A stretch of 63,955 nucleotides of DNA, filler included, from Hausera hauseri (taxonomy: Eukaryota), in assembly GCA_046269625.1 (NCBI GenBank). It is 10 parts of 10 records of this genome, joined end to end, with 100 filler letters (N's around TTAATTAATTAA, not from the genome) between each part and the next. Parts side by side here need not be neighbours in the genome. Positions count along the whole stretch, not along the records: positions 6,070 to 17,786 come from JBJURY010076659.1; positions 17,887 to 25,473 come from JBJURY010005345.1; 8 more parts are not named here. One strand, written 5' to 3'. Below, one piece after another: positions 12,862 through 25,473 of this stretch. Positions within the stretch are counted from its first letter, which is position 1. Each line of letters starts with the position of its first letter. The notes below the pieces were generated by a model that had not been told where the DNA came from, did not search any database, and was given only the letters and a program-made list of their open reading frames with translations. The translations under genes and the position numbers were made by a program.

Positions 12862-15800
12862 TTAATTTGATTTATTTTTCCAGTAGCCGACATCCGCCAT
12901 TGTTAAATTACGTAACATATCTTCAAGTTTATTACTGTCCCGCCTGTCTTCTTCCTTGTCGAACAGTCTTGACCAATTTACTTCGCAGGGCAACCTTCTT
13001 GCCGCTTTCGGTGCTAAGCTTATAGCTCTATTAATTTCATTCTCTCGATTAGGGTTTATTTTGATAGCTAAGTATAATAGTACTTTTCTCAATTCCTCGT
13101 TGGTGTTTTCCACCATAATCTTTTCGATTACCGATTCATCGGCTAAGTTACTCTTTGATAGTTTAAAGCGTGAACTTCTAATCATTCTAGCTGCTTCGAA
13201 AGTTACCTTTTCTTTATTGTCTAATACGTCACCTCGAAGGCTGGAATAATTTACTATTCGTACTAGATTCTTCATTAACTCACTTAATTCCTCATTATTT
13301 GTACTGAGAGTCGGAATCGACATATGTCTCAATTCCCTAATCAATTCTGCATTATAATCCACGTCTTCTCGCGTTTTTTAGGCCTACCAACTGGACGTTT
13401 TGGCCTTTGTCCCTTAGTGGTTGTTTCACTCAGTGGCACTAAATTTATGTCGTATTGTTCCTTGTCCTCATCCGTTTGTAAGTACTCAAAATGCATTGCA
13501 GCGTCTCGAACTCCCATACTTTGTCCTACGCATTTTTCCGTCTTGGCTTTACGTGTGACTTCTTCTTTTGTCTGTTCGTTAGCTATTATTGCTACTATCC
13601 GATTCGTTTAGTTTGGGATAATCCCAACATATATTAGTTGCTCTAGGTCATCGAGTATTCTACCTCTAAAGTAAAATCTATAATTTAACATTCTTTTTTG
13701 TCCATCCATTTGGATGATACCATTACTTTCATCGATACCTCAGGTTTAGCCTTCAAGATTTTAGCGTATTTCCTTATCAAAAGTTTCGGCACCGTGCTAT
13801 AAATTGTATTCTCACTAGATAATTTAGTTAACGTCGGAATAAGTTGTCTTAACTTACTTTCAGTAATATTTGCGTTAATTAGTTCAATTAAATCCTCTTC
13901 AGTTAGCGCTAAATCGAGATGCGTCTCCACATTGAATCTCCTGTCTTGCGGGCATGTTTCTATCTCGTTTAGTTGTACTGGGGTCATGGGTTTTTCTGTG
14001 ACCATTGCTTCTAAATATGCATCCCACTCTGGTTCATTTTCGGCTTCTGGGAGTCCATAGTCTATCAAAACTGTCTTTGCTCTTTGCACAATTTCTCTAA
14101 TTTCCTTCAATCTTGGTTGTATTTCTTTCACCTGCATAGTTCGGAAACCTATGCCGTTTCCACAGGCATACTAAATCATTTTCAGTAATTTGCCTAATTC
14201 ATTAGGATCGATGAATCCTTTTTGGTGGTAATCTGTTAATTCTATAATTACATCTCTTTGCCATCTTTGTACAAATTCTCGTTTATTTTTGATCTCTGAT
14301 TCAGTAAAAGCATATTTGTTTCGATAAACTTCGAGCTCTTTTGTTAGTTCATCTAACCTTGTTGCTCTTTGTTCTGTTTTAATACACGTTTCTTCTACTT
14401 TCTGTATCTTGGGCATCAATTGCCTCATTCTCTCATCATTAATCTCCGCCATTTATACCAATAAATAGGTTAACTCATACATCTCATTTATATCTTTTGA
14501 GTCAAGGTCCATTGCATCCGACAATTTCTTTACGAACTTATGTTCCTGAAAACTAAAATGTGGGTCGTCTCTTATTTTTGTCAACTCTGTATGGAAATTC
14601 TAATCTGATCCGGCCATCCATTCTTGTGGTTTACGCAAGAATTTTATGGCGTCTGTTAACGTGACTCAATGTTCCGTACATACGTTTAAGGTTTCAATGT
14701 CTTAGACAGAGATCTCGTCGATAGGTTTATCTGTTAAGTGTTGGACTCCTTCTAGACAAACAACCCTTAACCTTGAGTGTAAATTGTAAATCATATTCAG
14801 CTATTTTGTAAAGTCCGTCTCTTCGACCAATTTGTAGATCTCCTCCAATATCGACGCTTCTTTTTTCCTTTTCATAAATTTTAGTCGTCGTAACGCTTCG
14901 AATTGAGTACGAATGTCTATTTATATTATCATTGTGCCTTAATCATGTGCACTTTCTTCTAGAGGCTTCTTTACCATTGGCTCCTTTTGTGGGAATTCTT
15001 TTTTGCGGTCATCTACTAATTTTCTTAGTCTGACAGTTAATTTGCGATTATTGGTTTTGCTATTATAGCCCTATCTAACATCTTATATGCATCTTTTAAC
15101 TCATCGTCCGGCCCTTTTAGTTATTCCGTAATCCGGCCGACATAACTAAACTCGTCCTCATATTCTTCCAATTCTACGATACAAGCTTTTATTACGTATT
15201 GAGTTTCCTCATGGCTTGGAGACATGATTCGGTTTCTCAAACTATAGATCTGTGATCGCTTTTCATTTCCCATTTTAATTTGATACTCTAGATTCGTGTA
15301 TTGTTTGGGTACAACGAAAGCGATTTTTATCATTTCCATTAAGAAAGAAATATCTATAGGGTCTGTACCCAATATTTCTTAATCAATAATACTTCAACTG
15401 TTAACCGGTCTTTCTCTAAGCCGGTTAATCATTGCATGGCAGATTTCATCCATTATTCGCTCTAAATTACGGACTACTCTCTTCAGTTTTGGGTTTGTTT
15501 CTAAGGTGGACAGTAACGTCTTAGCCTTAGTGACTTTTACATCAACACTATATTAGTTTTTGCTCCATCCTTCCAAAAATTTGACTCCACTTTTAATCCA
15601 TGATTCTAATTCGTGCTTCCATTTTGACAGCGTTTCAGGTGATACCTCTTCAGGTTGTCCTAAGTCGATTGCTTCATCAAGTTTCTCTTCACTGCATAAT
15701 TTGAAACTTTTATATAACGTCTCAGCATACTGTTGCTCTTTTCCGGATATATCTACTTGTTCGCTTAAGCATTTCTAAATTTTTCCCTAGAATTTCTGTA

Positions 15801-16480
15801 TCATGACACCTAATTCTCATTTTCTTTAACTCATCAGCGTTTCTCCACGAACGTCGAACTTTCCACTTCTTTGAATCAAAATCGTCAATATTTATCGGTT
15901 TCTCCTCACTATTGGGAAGTGGGCAAATCTCGTTAATTTCATTAATTGACTTTGTAGATTCGTTCACCTCGATAGGTGTGAATGGACCAATCTCTGGTGT
16001 ATTTATGCTATGTTCTACGTCGCTTTCTACAACGATGTTCGTAATTTTCGTTTCTTCTATTTACTCTCTAGTTATCTGTGAGCGTGAACGACTTCTACGT
16101 TTTGTTTTTAAGGAAGGGTTACGGCATCTATTTTTCGTAATTTTAAGCATTAATGGCTCCATAAATTCTTTTTCTGCTGTATCATCATGGGTAGACTCAT
16201 TTACATTTTTAACCGTGAACTCAGGTTCCGCATCTAAGTCGACTTCTGTCGAGGTTCCTGGTTTGTCAAATACTTTATTACTTACCGGAATACCCTTTTT
16301 CCGTGTCATATCAGTCCGCTTGGGTGCTATTGCATATTAATATTCAGTTTCTGGCTCTGCTAAACCGTGATACACTTCTAGTAGTCTCAATGTATCTCCG
16401 TATTCTTTTCTAGCTATCACTTTGCTTCTAAATTTTCGTTAACTCTGATCATACTGGTCTTATTTGGCTCAATGAATGAA
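12862..16480 (-). pseudogene. Unknown charged/helical coding region between gag and env; contains an AT-hook-like motif
   Basis: A series of same-strand ORF fragments (16309, 15967, 15372, 14452, 14137, 13362) with protein-like Glu/Lys/Leu composition and coiled-coil character; KRPVGRPKKR at 13371-13400. Confidence 0.6.
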
Positions 16481-16506
16481 ACGCTACGTCGGTTTGGAAA
16501 TGACAT

Positions 16507-17520
16507 TTAAATGTGTTCTTCTTTTCCGCAAGTGAAACAAACTAAATTTCCATTCCTGCCAACTTTTTGTCGACCGTCTTCGTTCACAGGTGACTTAGGT
16601 CTACTTGTGATTCTATCATACTGATTCGGCGAACTTTGGGCACTATCTGCATTTCTTCGATTGTCGTTATTTCCATTATCATCATTGCTATTTGAATAGT
16701 TAGGGCCTTTGTAGTTTCCTCTATTCCTATCCCAGTTCAAATTCAATCTATTCATATTTCGCTCGTCAGTGTTGTTATTGCTTCGGCCATTCCTGTAACT
16801 GTTATCATTATTTCTATTCCAATAATTTTTATTACCCACAAATCATCTGTCATCCCTATCACGATTGCCATTCCGATTTCTATTTTTACGGTCATTTCAA
16901 TCATTATTTTTATCGTTCTTATCGTTATGTCTGGTATATCTATCGAGTGCCATTTCTAAGTCTTGAGCCAATTGCAGAGTTTTCTCGAAATTCGCAGGTC
17001 TGGCCAAAATCAACTGCTTAACTAAATCTTGGGACCAAATGCCATTAATTAATTGAGTGGTCATCATAAAATCCAAATCTGGCGGGGTTCTCTTTTCCGC
17101 AATATCGCGTTCTGCGTCTGTTTTAGCTTTTGCTACATTAGCTATCCTCAAGGTACTTACATAACTATTAGCGAGTTTCTTTAATGCAAATGCAAACTGA
17201 GTTACTGATTCGCCTTTCTGTTGCACTCTGTTCTGAAAAGCCATAAGTCTCTGTTGTGGCGTTACGGTCGGCAACAATTTACGATTTAATGCTCCTACCA
17301 AGGAGGACCAAGACTGCTTTTCATCATTAGTGAGCTCACCATAAGCGTCAGCGGCTACCTTTTTCAAATACAACGACAAACGTTTAATCATCACTTCAGG
17401 AGTAAGGCTAGCACCTTCTGCGTGCAATTTATAAGTTCTCAAGAATTCATTAAGCTCGTCCGGGTAACCGTCATATGCCGGCAGGTTCAGAGAATCAGAG
17501 GTAAAAATGTCCAGTTTCTG
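16507..17520 (-). pseudogene. gag: Gag (capsid-like domain, Asn/Arg/Asp-rich linker, degenerate CCHC knuckle)
   Basis: LPAYDGYPDEL...LSLYLKKVAADAY...SWSSLVGAL...RVQQKGESVTQFAFALKKLA (retrotransposon Gag, Q..GESV..F motif); knuckle CFTCGKEEH at about 16510-16540. Confidence 0.85.
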
Positions 17521-17886
17521 CGCTAATGGTAATTTATCTCTAAATTTGCTTTATTGATTTTATGCTTCTCAAGTGGGATTTTAAATTGCTTGTTTTGCTC
17601 GATGACGTCTAACTCGATTCTATTCTCCGAATTTGAACGTTTATCTAATTTTTGTGTGGCGTACGGGGGAATTATCCTTTAATACGAGGTATAGTTTTGA
17701 CTTATCAATATTTGTTCTCAATTAAATTTAACGTTATTTATCCCGTTCAATAACCTATATATCAAATTTAGTTTTTAATTCCAACTNNNNNNNNNNNNNN
17801 NNNNNNNNNNNNNNNNNNNNNNNNNNNNNNTTAATTAATTAANNNNNNNNNNNNNNNNNNNNNNNNNNNNNNNNNNNNNNNNNNNN

Positions 17887-20800
17887 ACAAAAATGTCATC
17901 TCGGGTGCCGTTTTTATACCCACATGTACCAAGTTAACAACCCTATTTGCATATACCACACAAAATTTAAGAATGAGGCGCATAGGTGTATTCCTGGTTG
18001 TACCTTTAGAAGCAGCACACAGCATACAAAAGTCGGACGTACTGTTTCACCTTCTAACAGCCGCCCAAATTTACCACTGCCAAAAAACTAATTCCGCCAC
18101 CAGTGCTTTCGGCGAGTCCTGGCGAAGGCCATTCTTCAGTTTTTACCAGCCGAAAACTTTCTTTCGCCATATTTACCGTAAAAGCAATAACTACGTTACC
18201 AACAACTCGCCACACAGATTTCATCATCGATTCAGGTGCAGCGATTTCTTTACTGCCACTTACCTTTCCAACTCAACACACCTCATTCAACAATAAACCT
18301 CTTTTTACAGCTTCCAGACAACCGCTACACGTTTCCGGTACATGCAGGCTTTCGTTTACCCTTCCGAAATTTACTTCGATATTTCACTGGGCGTTTACTG
18401 TTGCAAATGTCCAGACAGCCATTTTAGGATCAGATTTTCTTTTGCACTATAACCGCCTTTTCGATTGCAAACTACGTTGCTTAACAAGTGGTTGCAATAA
18501 GGAGCGATTCGATCACGTCCATACCATTTCGTCTGTCGTGCAGGTGATTGCAAGTCGAAAACCTATATTAAAAAAACCTTCGAACAAACCTTTTTCTTAC
18601 AATCATGGTACCTTGTTTTATAAATTACTAAAGAACAATATTACTAACGATTGGGGCTTGCACGGCGATGAGAGTGATTCCGTTACCACTGCCAAATCAT
18701 TAGATAAAACTACCAGCTACAATACCATCTTCAGTACTACCATCCTGCATCGAATACCACTTCATTTTAGATCACAAAATAATGTCCAAATTGCAACATT
18801 TACTGGTAAAAACACCTTGCTCCTACCAAACTTTTCACAATTACCTGTAAGTCTGCAGCAATTCATTAACGTATTCTGTTCTAGGATAATTAAAAAAACA
18901 GGTCTTTTACTATAGAAAATAACACTTTTCACCGCATTGTGACACAACATTAAATACGTATCCGCCAAAAAGTGCGTCCATTATCTCCTCGTCGTAGGCA
19001 AGCAGTTGAAGCCGAATTTCTCTAACTCGAACGTTCCGGCATTGTACGTCACTCCAAATACTTATTGTCGTCACCATTACATTTCGTGCAAAAGAAGGAC
19101 GGAACTTTTCTACCATCTGGCGATTATCGTCAATTGAACACTCTGACAACAATAGATGCATACCCGCTACCACTCAATAAGGATATCTTGCACCATCTTA
19201 ACAACTCTACAATTTATTCTACCATTGATTTATTTAAAGCCTACCACCAAATTCCGGTGACACCTGAAGATAACAAAAAACAGCAGTAACTACTCCTTTT
19301 GGCCTTTATGAATATCTGTACATGCCTTTCGGCCTACGGAATGCCGCACAGACTTTTCAACGCCATATTGATGCTATCCTTTCTGATTTTCCATATGTTC
19401 ATCCATATATTGGTGACATATTAGTTGTTTCCTCTTTGAACCTACAACACGAGGAACACCTCAGATCAATCTTTCGACGTTTACACCAACATAATCTGCA
19501 GATCAATTTCGCCAAATATCATTTTTCCAGAAATGTATAAATTTCCTTGGTCACATTATTTCTGCTGAAGGTCACTCGCCTCAGCCCGATCGAGTTGAAG
19601 CCCCAAAAAACGTGCAGCTATTTCAAAACACAACAGAAATGACAAGCTTTTGGGGAACTTTGCACTTCGTTCACAGGTATGTGCCGTACTGCTTTGACCT
19701 TACCGCACCATTTGCACACTTAAGCGGCGGCAAAAAACATCAGCCAATCCAGTGGACAACCGAACTGGTTGATAAGTTTTATAAGCTACGCGAAGGAATT
19801 AAGACCGTCGACATTCTCGCTTTTCCTAAGCCTGATGCGGAACTCATCCTTACTGCAGACGCTTCAACCACTGCGGTAGGTGCTGTACTTCACCAAATCC
19901 ACAAATGAGAAATCAATTGCTATAATTTTTTTCTCTTAAGCTAACAACCCTGAAACTAGATATTCAACGCTCGATCGAGAATTATTGGCCATCGTTCTCG
20001 CATTAAATCATTTCTCCCACCTACTTGTCGCTTGCCATTTTACCTTCCAGACTGATCACAAGCCCTTGATAAACATCATGGTTATGAAACATCCTTCCTC
20101 ACGCCAAGAACGACAGATATCATATTTTTCGACATTTAACTTTGACAGAAAGCATTAACGGGGTTAATAATTTGGTTGCCGATTTCTTATCTAGGACGGT
20201 TGGTTCGATTAATTTTTCACCAATCTTCACTCAAGTACAACTTCAACAGAAGCAGCCACCTCAGGACATGTTTAATTTTTTACGTCTTGCACAATTGTTG
20301 ACGGCATGGCTTTAGACACTTCCAAACCAGGTCATTCCATTATAATTCTTGCCCCACCTTTACAACGGCAAGCGTTTAACAGTGTACATTCACTACACCA
20401 CCCTGGCGCTAAAGCCACTTTTCGTTTACTCCATCGACAAGTAGTTTGGCAGTCAATGCGTTCCGATGTGCAAACCTGGGTTAAGGAATGTGTGGCCTAC
20501 TAAAAATACAAAACAACTATGCATTTAAAGCCACAAGTATTCCACGTCCCCTGGCCATCGCGTTTTGAATCCGTGAATATCGACATCTTCGGCCGTTTTC
20601 CTCCGGACAACAGTCATCAATTCATTCTCACCACGATCGAACGTTCCTCGCAATAGCCAGAAGCCATCCCTCTGAGGAGCACAAATACCGACACCGTTGC
20701 TGACGTTTTTATTAGCACATGGATTAGCAGATTTGGATCACCTCGTTTCATCATCACGGACCAGGGTCAACAGTGTGAATCCAACCTGTTCAAATCCATT

Positions 20801-22018
20801 GTTAACTGACTGGGGGTCCAGCACATACATACTACGCCTTATAACCCCCAATCGAATGGCCTTCTAGAACGTTTCCACCGAACATTGAAAACGTCACTAA
20901 GAATCCTTGCAGAGTCAAACACTAGTTGGACGAATCTTCTTCCGTTTGTTTTGCTTGGTTGGCGGAACACTCCGTCTACTTCTACTGGCTGTTCACCCAC
21001 TGAAGCCTTATTGGGTGTTCCTGTACGGTCATTATTCAAACTTACTGCCCTTGACGACACCTCTACAGATGGAACGATACGGGCAGCGCAAAATTACTTT
21101 GATACGATCAGTAAAGATTCGTTCTGCAGGTTATTTCACAAAGACAAAACATATTTATCTGAAGATTTGTAATCGGCAAAATTCGTCTGGCTAAAAAATC
21201 AGGCGCCGTGCGGTTTTCAACCACGGTATTTGGGGCTTTACAAACTCGTACAATTGCACTCCCATAATGCCGTTATTTCTAAAAACGGTAAGGAATTATC
21301 GGTACATATCAATAACGTCAAGCCTGCCTTTTCGTAGACGATACCCCAAAATTGAATCTTCTAGCTTCTTTTTGACTTTTTCGCATTTTCCCCTTGCAGT
21401 TCCCACAACTCCTGCACCGCCTTCCGTTCCGACCCCTATTCCTACTCTTTTATAAGAACCTACCATTAAAATCCCTTTTCCTAACCTTATAATTTGTCCT
21501 TCTTTTTCCCCTGAATCTCCTTCTCCAGCTCCTTCTTTGTCCTTGAACGACACCCCACCTTACACCACGACATCCGATATTTCTTTACCTCAATCAACTC
21601 ATCAACCATATTCAATGACATTGAAAAATCGCAAATTCGTGGCATTTAGTACTTATAGTAAGGAAATTAACACTGCAGGAGTTCAACGTTTTATTCATAC
21701 GAAGACCACCTAGACAGCCTGCTTCTTTTCGACACATTTTCTACTTTCTTGCCCTCTAGTTTTTGCTTTGCCACGGGGGAGGGGTAATGTTGTGCCCAAC
21801 AAGGACCTGTAAATACACTGTTATTGTTTTCTCATTTGTTGCCATTTGTCTTTGTTTATTTGTCTTCGCAGTTGCCGAAAGGTTGGTGCACTTTTGTCAT
21901 TTTATCACATCGTGCGCGGATTTGGTTAGGTCTAATCTATTCAATTCGGTATTTACTAACATCTACGTACCTGCCAGACATTATGGATTTATTCAAATCA
22001 GTCACGTTTTTAGAAACA
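17887..22018 (+). mobile_element. Gypsy conventional family, copy B1 (gag end, PR, RT, RNase H, IN, PPT, 3' LTR), decayed
   Basis: FIIDSGA protease; GDYRQLN, IDLFKAYHQIP, MPFGLRNAAQTFQR, YIGD (degenerate YIDD); ADASTTAVGA; integrase motifs; PPT GGGGGAGGGG at 21775-21784. Confidence 0.93.
21788..22018 (+). repeat. Putative 3' LTR of copy B1 (about 231 bp)
   Basis: Starts TGTT three bases after the PPT; candidate end AACA at 22015-22018 gives inverted termini. The right boundary is inferred. Confidence 0.55.
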
Positions 22019-22854
22019 GTTAATACGGAATCCACATATACCAATGTAATTATTTCTAATGAAGTACAGAAACTTAGGGACATAAGAGAAAGTTTGTAAA
22101 ACAAATGGAATAATTATATAAAATTAATATTCTTAATAGTTGGATGTGTTGTTAGTTGGATGTTCCAAAGTCAATATTCTGTTCTATCTATTCCAAAAAA
22201 TTGAGGTTTATCCGTTGTCTGTGAAACGTTATGACGACCAGAAAGTCATAGTGTCGTCGAGTTTGAGCAAATGTAATTCCCATATAAGAATTTCTCTATA
22301 CGCGGACTATTTGATGGTATTATTCATTTCGGTCATTTATGGAACATAATCAAAATATCTTATTCCAGTCATTAAATTTGTGTTTTTCAGAAATCGATAA
22401 ATAGGGAATGTTTAGAAGTAATTCGGCGAAAGAATTTTACTTCTTTACGGTTAAGTTGATTACGTTACATGTTTGGAAATTTTATTGACAAGAAAATGAT
22501 AAATTATTATTGAAGTTCTGAAGTTTGAAGTAACCAATATGTTATTGTTTGCTCTTAAGTCTTTTACATTATGTGGTAATGGAATTATTTAAAATTTCTG
22601 ACTCAACACAGAAACTATGGTGTCAGAAACATTACTTATCAATGCTGATTTATCAAACAGACGTTATTGACAATACAGTTGAACAAAGTATTACAGAAAA
22701 TCAATCAATTACTCAGAATGCCTCTCATTTGGGAACGAGTTTTTCACGAAAACTGTTTCAATGTCAATTCGTTCCCCTCAGTCCTAACAGCGTCAATGCA
22801 ACAACGAATGAATCATTTCAATTACCGAAAACTATTTTACAATGTAGTACAAGC

Positions 22855-24726
22855 GAAATGCATCAATTGAATTTAGTATCAAAGGCTCATCATTTTATCA
22901 ACAAGCATGAGTCATTTATTCTTCAAAATCAGTGCAAGTTTCGCTCTGCTCAAGAGTCTTTTGTTAATGGTAATTCATCGGTTTATTTGGAAGAAATGTA
23001 CAATTCTTGGTTAGAAAATCCATCAAGTATTCATAAATCATGGGATGTTTATTTCCGACAAGTAAACAAAGGTGCCGGAATCGGTTAGGCATACATTGCG
23101 CCTCCGAACATTGTTTATGACAGACCATCAATTTTGAAAGTTGCTCCAATCACTGCCTATGGCAACTACAAAAGGTGTTTCGTTGGTCGATGCAGTTAAT
23201 GAGAATTCAATTGAAGATCATTTGGCTGTGCAGGCTATTATTAGATCATATCAAATTCGAGGACATTTCGCTGCTTTGAATGATCCATTGGGAATTGATA
23301 TTATTCACGATTAACCAAAAAATATAGTCTATGCTAATATTTGTAAAACTGTTGGTAAACCCCATTTGGATAAGGTCTTTCGTTTACCAAAAACAACACA
23401 TCGGTGGAGAAGAGAACGAACTAACACAGAGAAATTATTCATCGATTAGAAAACGCATATTGCCGACATATTGGCGTTGAATATTTTATTAATGATCTCA
23501 GCGAATGTGATTGGATATGAAACAAGTTTAACACCTCGTATTTTAAAATTCACCGATGATGAAAACGACTCACGTTGGTCCGATTAATTCGTTCAACGTG
23601 ATTTGAAGATTATTTGGCTAAAAAGTGGAGCTCCGAGAAACGTTTTGGACTTGACGGTTGTGAAGTTTTGATACTAGTAATAAAAACGGTTATTGATACA
23701 TCCAGCGACTTAAGTGTTGAAAGTTTTAATATTGGAATGCCACATAGAGAGCGGTTAAATGTGTTAGCAAATATATGTCGTAAGCCATTGGAGCAGATAT
23801 TTTGTCAATTCGATTCAATTTTAGAGCCAAACGATGAAGGAAGTGGTGATGTCAAATATCATTTGGGAATGTATCATAAAAGAATAAATAGATTAAATAA
23901 CAAAATGATCAAAGTTCCAATAGTAGCTAATACTAGTCATTTGGAAGCCGTGGATCCAGTTTTAGCAGAAAAGTCGTATGCCGAACAATACTATAGTAAA
24001 GACAAAGATGGAAAGAAAGTGCTTACTATTGTTCTTCATGGTGATGTTGCTTTTGCATGCCACGGAGTTGTTTTCAAAACGTTTCATTTGAGTGATTTAC
24101 CGAGCTATACAACTCACGGCACGATACACAGTCGTTAATAATCAAATTTGATTCACAACTTATCCTCCAGTGACTCGTTCATCGTCGTATTGCACTGATG
24201 TGGCGAGGGTTGTAAATGCATCAATATTCCATGTGAATGCCAATGATCCTGAAGCAGTTTTAAATAATATATCGGGAAAATTGTTAGTTTTCCACCGGAT
24301 AATTTCAGTTTGCATTCTGGGTTGAAACGAACTTTGAAGGAACGTGAACAGTTAGTTTAAGACAGAATGGCACATTGGGCCCTTGGGGAGGCTTTTGCAT
24401 TTGGAAGTTTGTTGAAAAATTGTATCCATGTGAGACGCAGTGGACAAGATGTTGAAGGAGGAACGTTCTCTCATAGGCAGTGTAGTGCATGATCAGGATC
24501 GTGATCTTGTTGTACATGTTCCCCTTAACAATCTTCATTCTGGACAAGTTGAATTCTCCGTTAGCGATTCGTCTTTTAGTGAATATGCTCTATTAGGTTT
24601 TGAACCCGGGTTTTCTCAAACCGACTCGAATGCCTTAGTTTGTTGGGAACCTCAATTTGGAAAATTTTTCAAACAATGTCCAATGTGTAATTGATCAATT
24701 TGTTGCATCAAGACAGTCGAAATGGT
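22855..24726 (+). pseudogene. OGDH: Mitochondrial 2-oxoglutarate dehydrogenase E1 pseudogene, intronless, internally deleted, 3' truncated
   Basis: [31 protein letters not shown]; [17 protein letters not shown]; [15 protein letters not shown]; [10 protein letters not shown]; SHLEAVDPV; LHGD; after [11 protein letters not shown] it jumps to [40 protein letters not shown]. Many stops and frameshifts. Confidence 0.93.
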
Positions 24727-25189
24727 CAATCAGGGTCATTCTGCTCCGTTTTGACGGTGTTGCATGCCAGAAATCACAAGGGCCATCTACGGTCTTTACA
24801 GACCCTCATCTGCTGTGCCCGTTGGAGAAACTGATACACGATGGGGTGAGATTTGTCATTGTGCACTATCCGTCTGGCAACCATTTTTTTAATTTGCTTA
24901 TTAGCGATTCATATTTCCTGTTTTCCTCATATGTTTTTGTTCTTAACATGTCCGCCGTTGACACAACGTCACCTCTTTTAAACTTAGACCTCCGTTGCGG
25001 TTGCCATTTACGACCCATTTACTTCGATATTTCAGATTTTTGTTCATATACGTGCAACAAAACTTGAGTTCCGAGTACATCATAGCTTGACCGACTGCCC
25101 AACCATCTGTCCAATGTCAGTGGGTCTTACACTACGGTCCGTTGCGCCACCCTAGAGCCACCATCGACTCTTTCCTTTTTATTCTTCCT

Positions 25190-25473
25190 ACATAATTGTC
25201 ATTTACTCACACTCAATACAACGTATTTTATAGACGCACATTACTTGCACAATTATGTGCTACACTGCGCATTTTCCTGATTTTTATCTCACTTACAACA
25301 ACTTACCTGTATTTAATGTCAATTTTTGCGACCTTTTCGTTACTTCATCCCGTTATGTCATTATTCATATACACATTCGCATTCGTGGTGGCATGAAATC
25401 TTCGCCCACCATTGACACTACTGACAAAACTACCTCTAAACCATCACCTTTTACTTTTCACCAAAAATCAACG
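25190..25473 (+). mobile_element. Putative 5' coding end of a Gypsy copy: ubiquitin-like leader ending IRIRGG followed by a Gag-like start
   Basis: FPDFYLTYNN...IIHIHIRIRGG-MKSSPTIDTTDKTTSKPSPF. Paralogous to about 59200-59417, and the post-GG peptide resembles CQPTPETTETFMPSKPLF at the gag start of copy A3. Confidence 0.45.

Larger units (their letters stand above)
6070..17786 (-). mobile_element. Giant env-bearing Ty3/Gypsy-type element, copy 1 (gag - unknown region - chuvirus-like glycoprotein - pol - membrane protein extension), decayed; ends not in contig
   Basis: Colinear minus-strand ORF fragments across the whole contig: Gag capsid and zinc knuckle, fusion-glycoprotein motifs, ALIDTGS protease, YLDD RT, RNase H, then integrase (Gypsy domain order), then a hydrophobic signal-like segment. 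Confidence 0.9.

Noticed and set aside
23614-24138. Bacterial sucA gene
   Set aside because: [11 protein letters not shown] and the N-terminal SWLENP/HKSWD motifs with an upstream extension match eukaryotic mitochondrial OGDH, and the sequence is pseudogenised.
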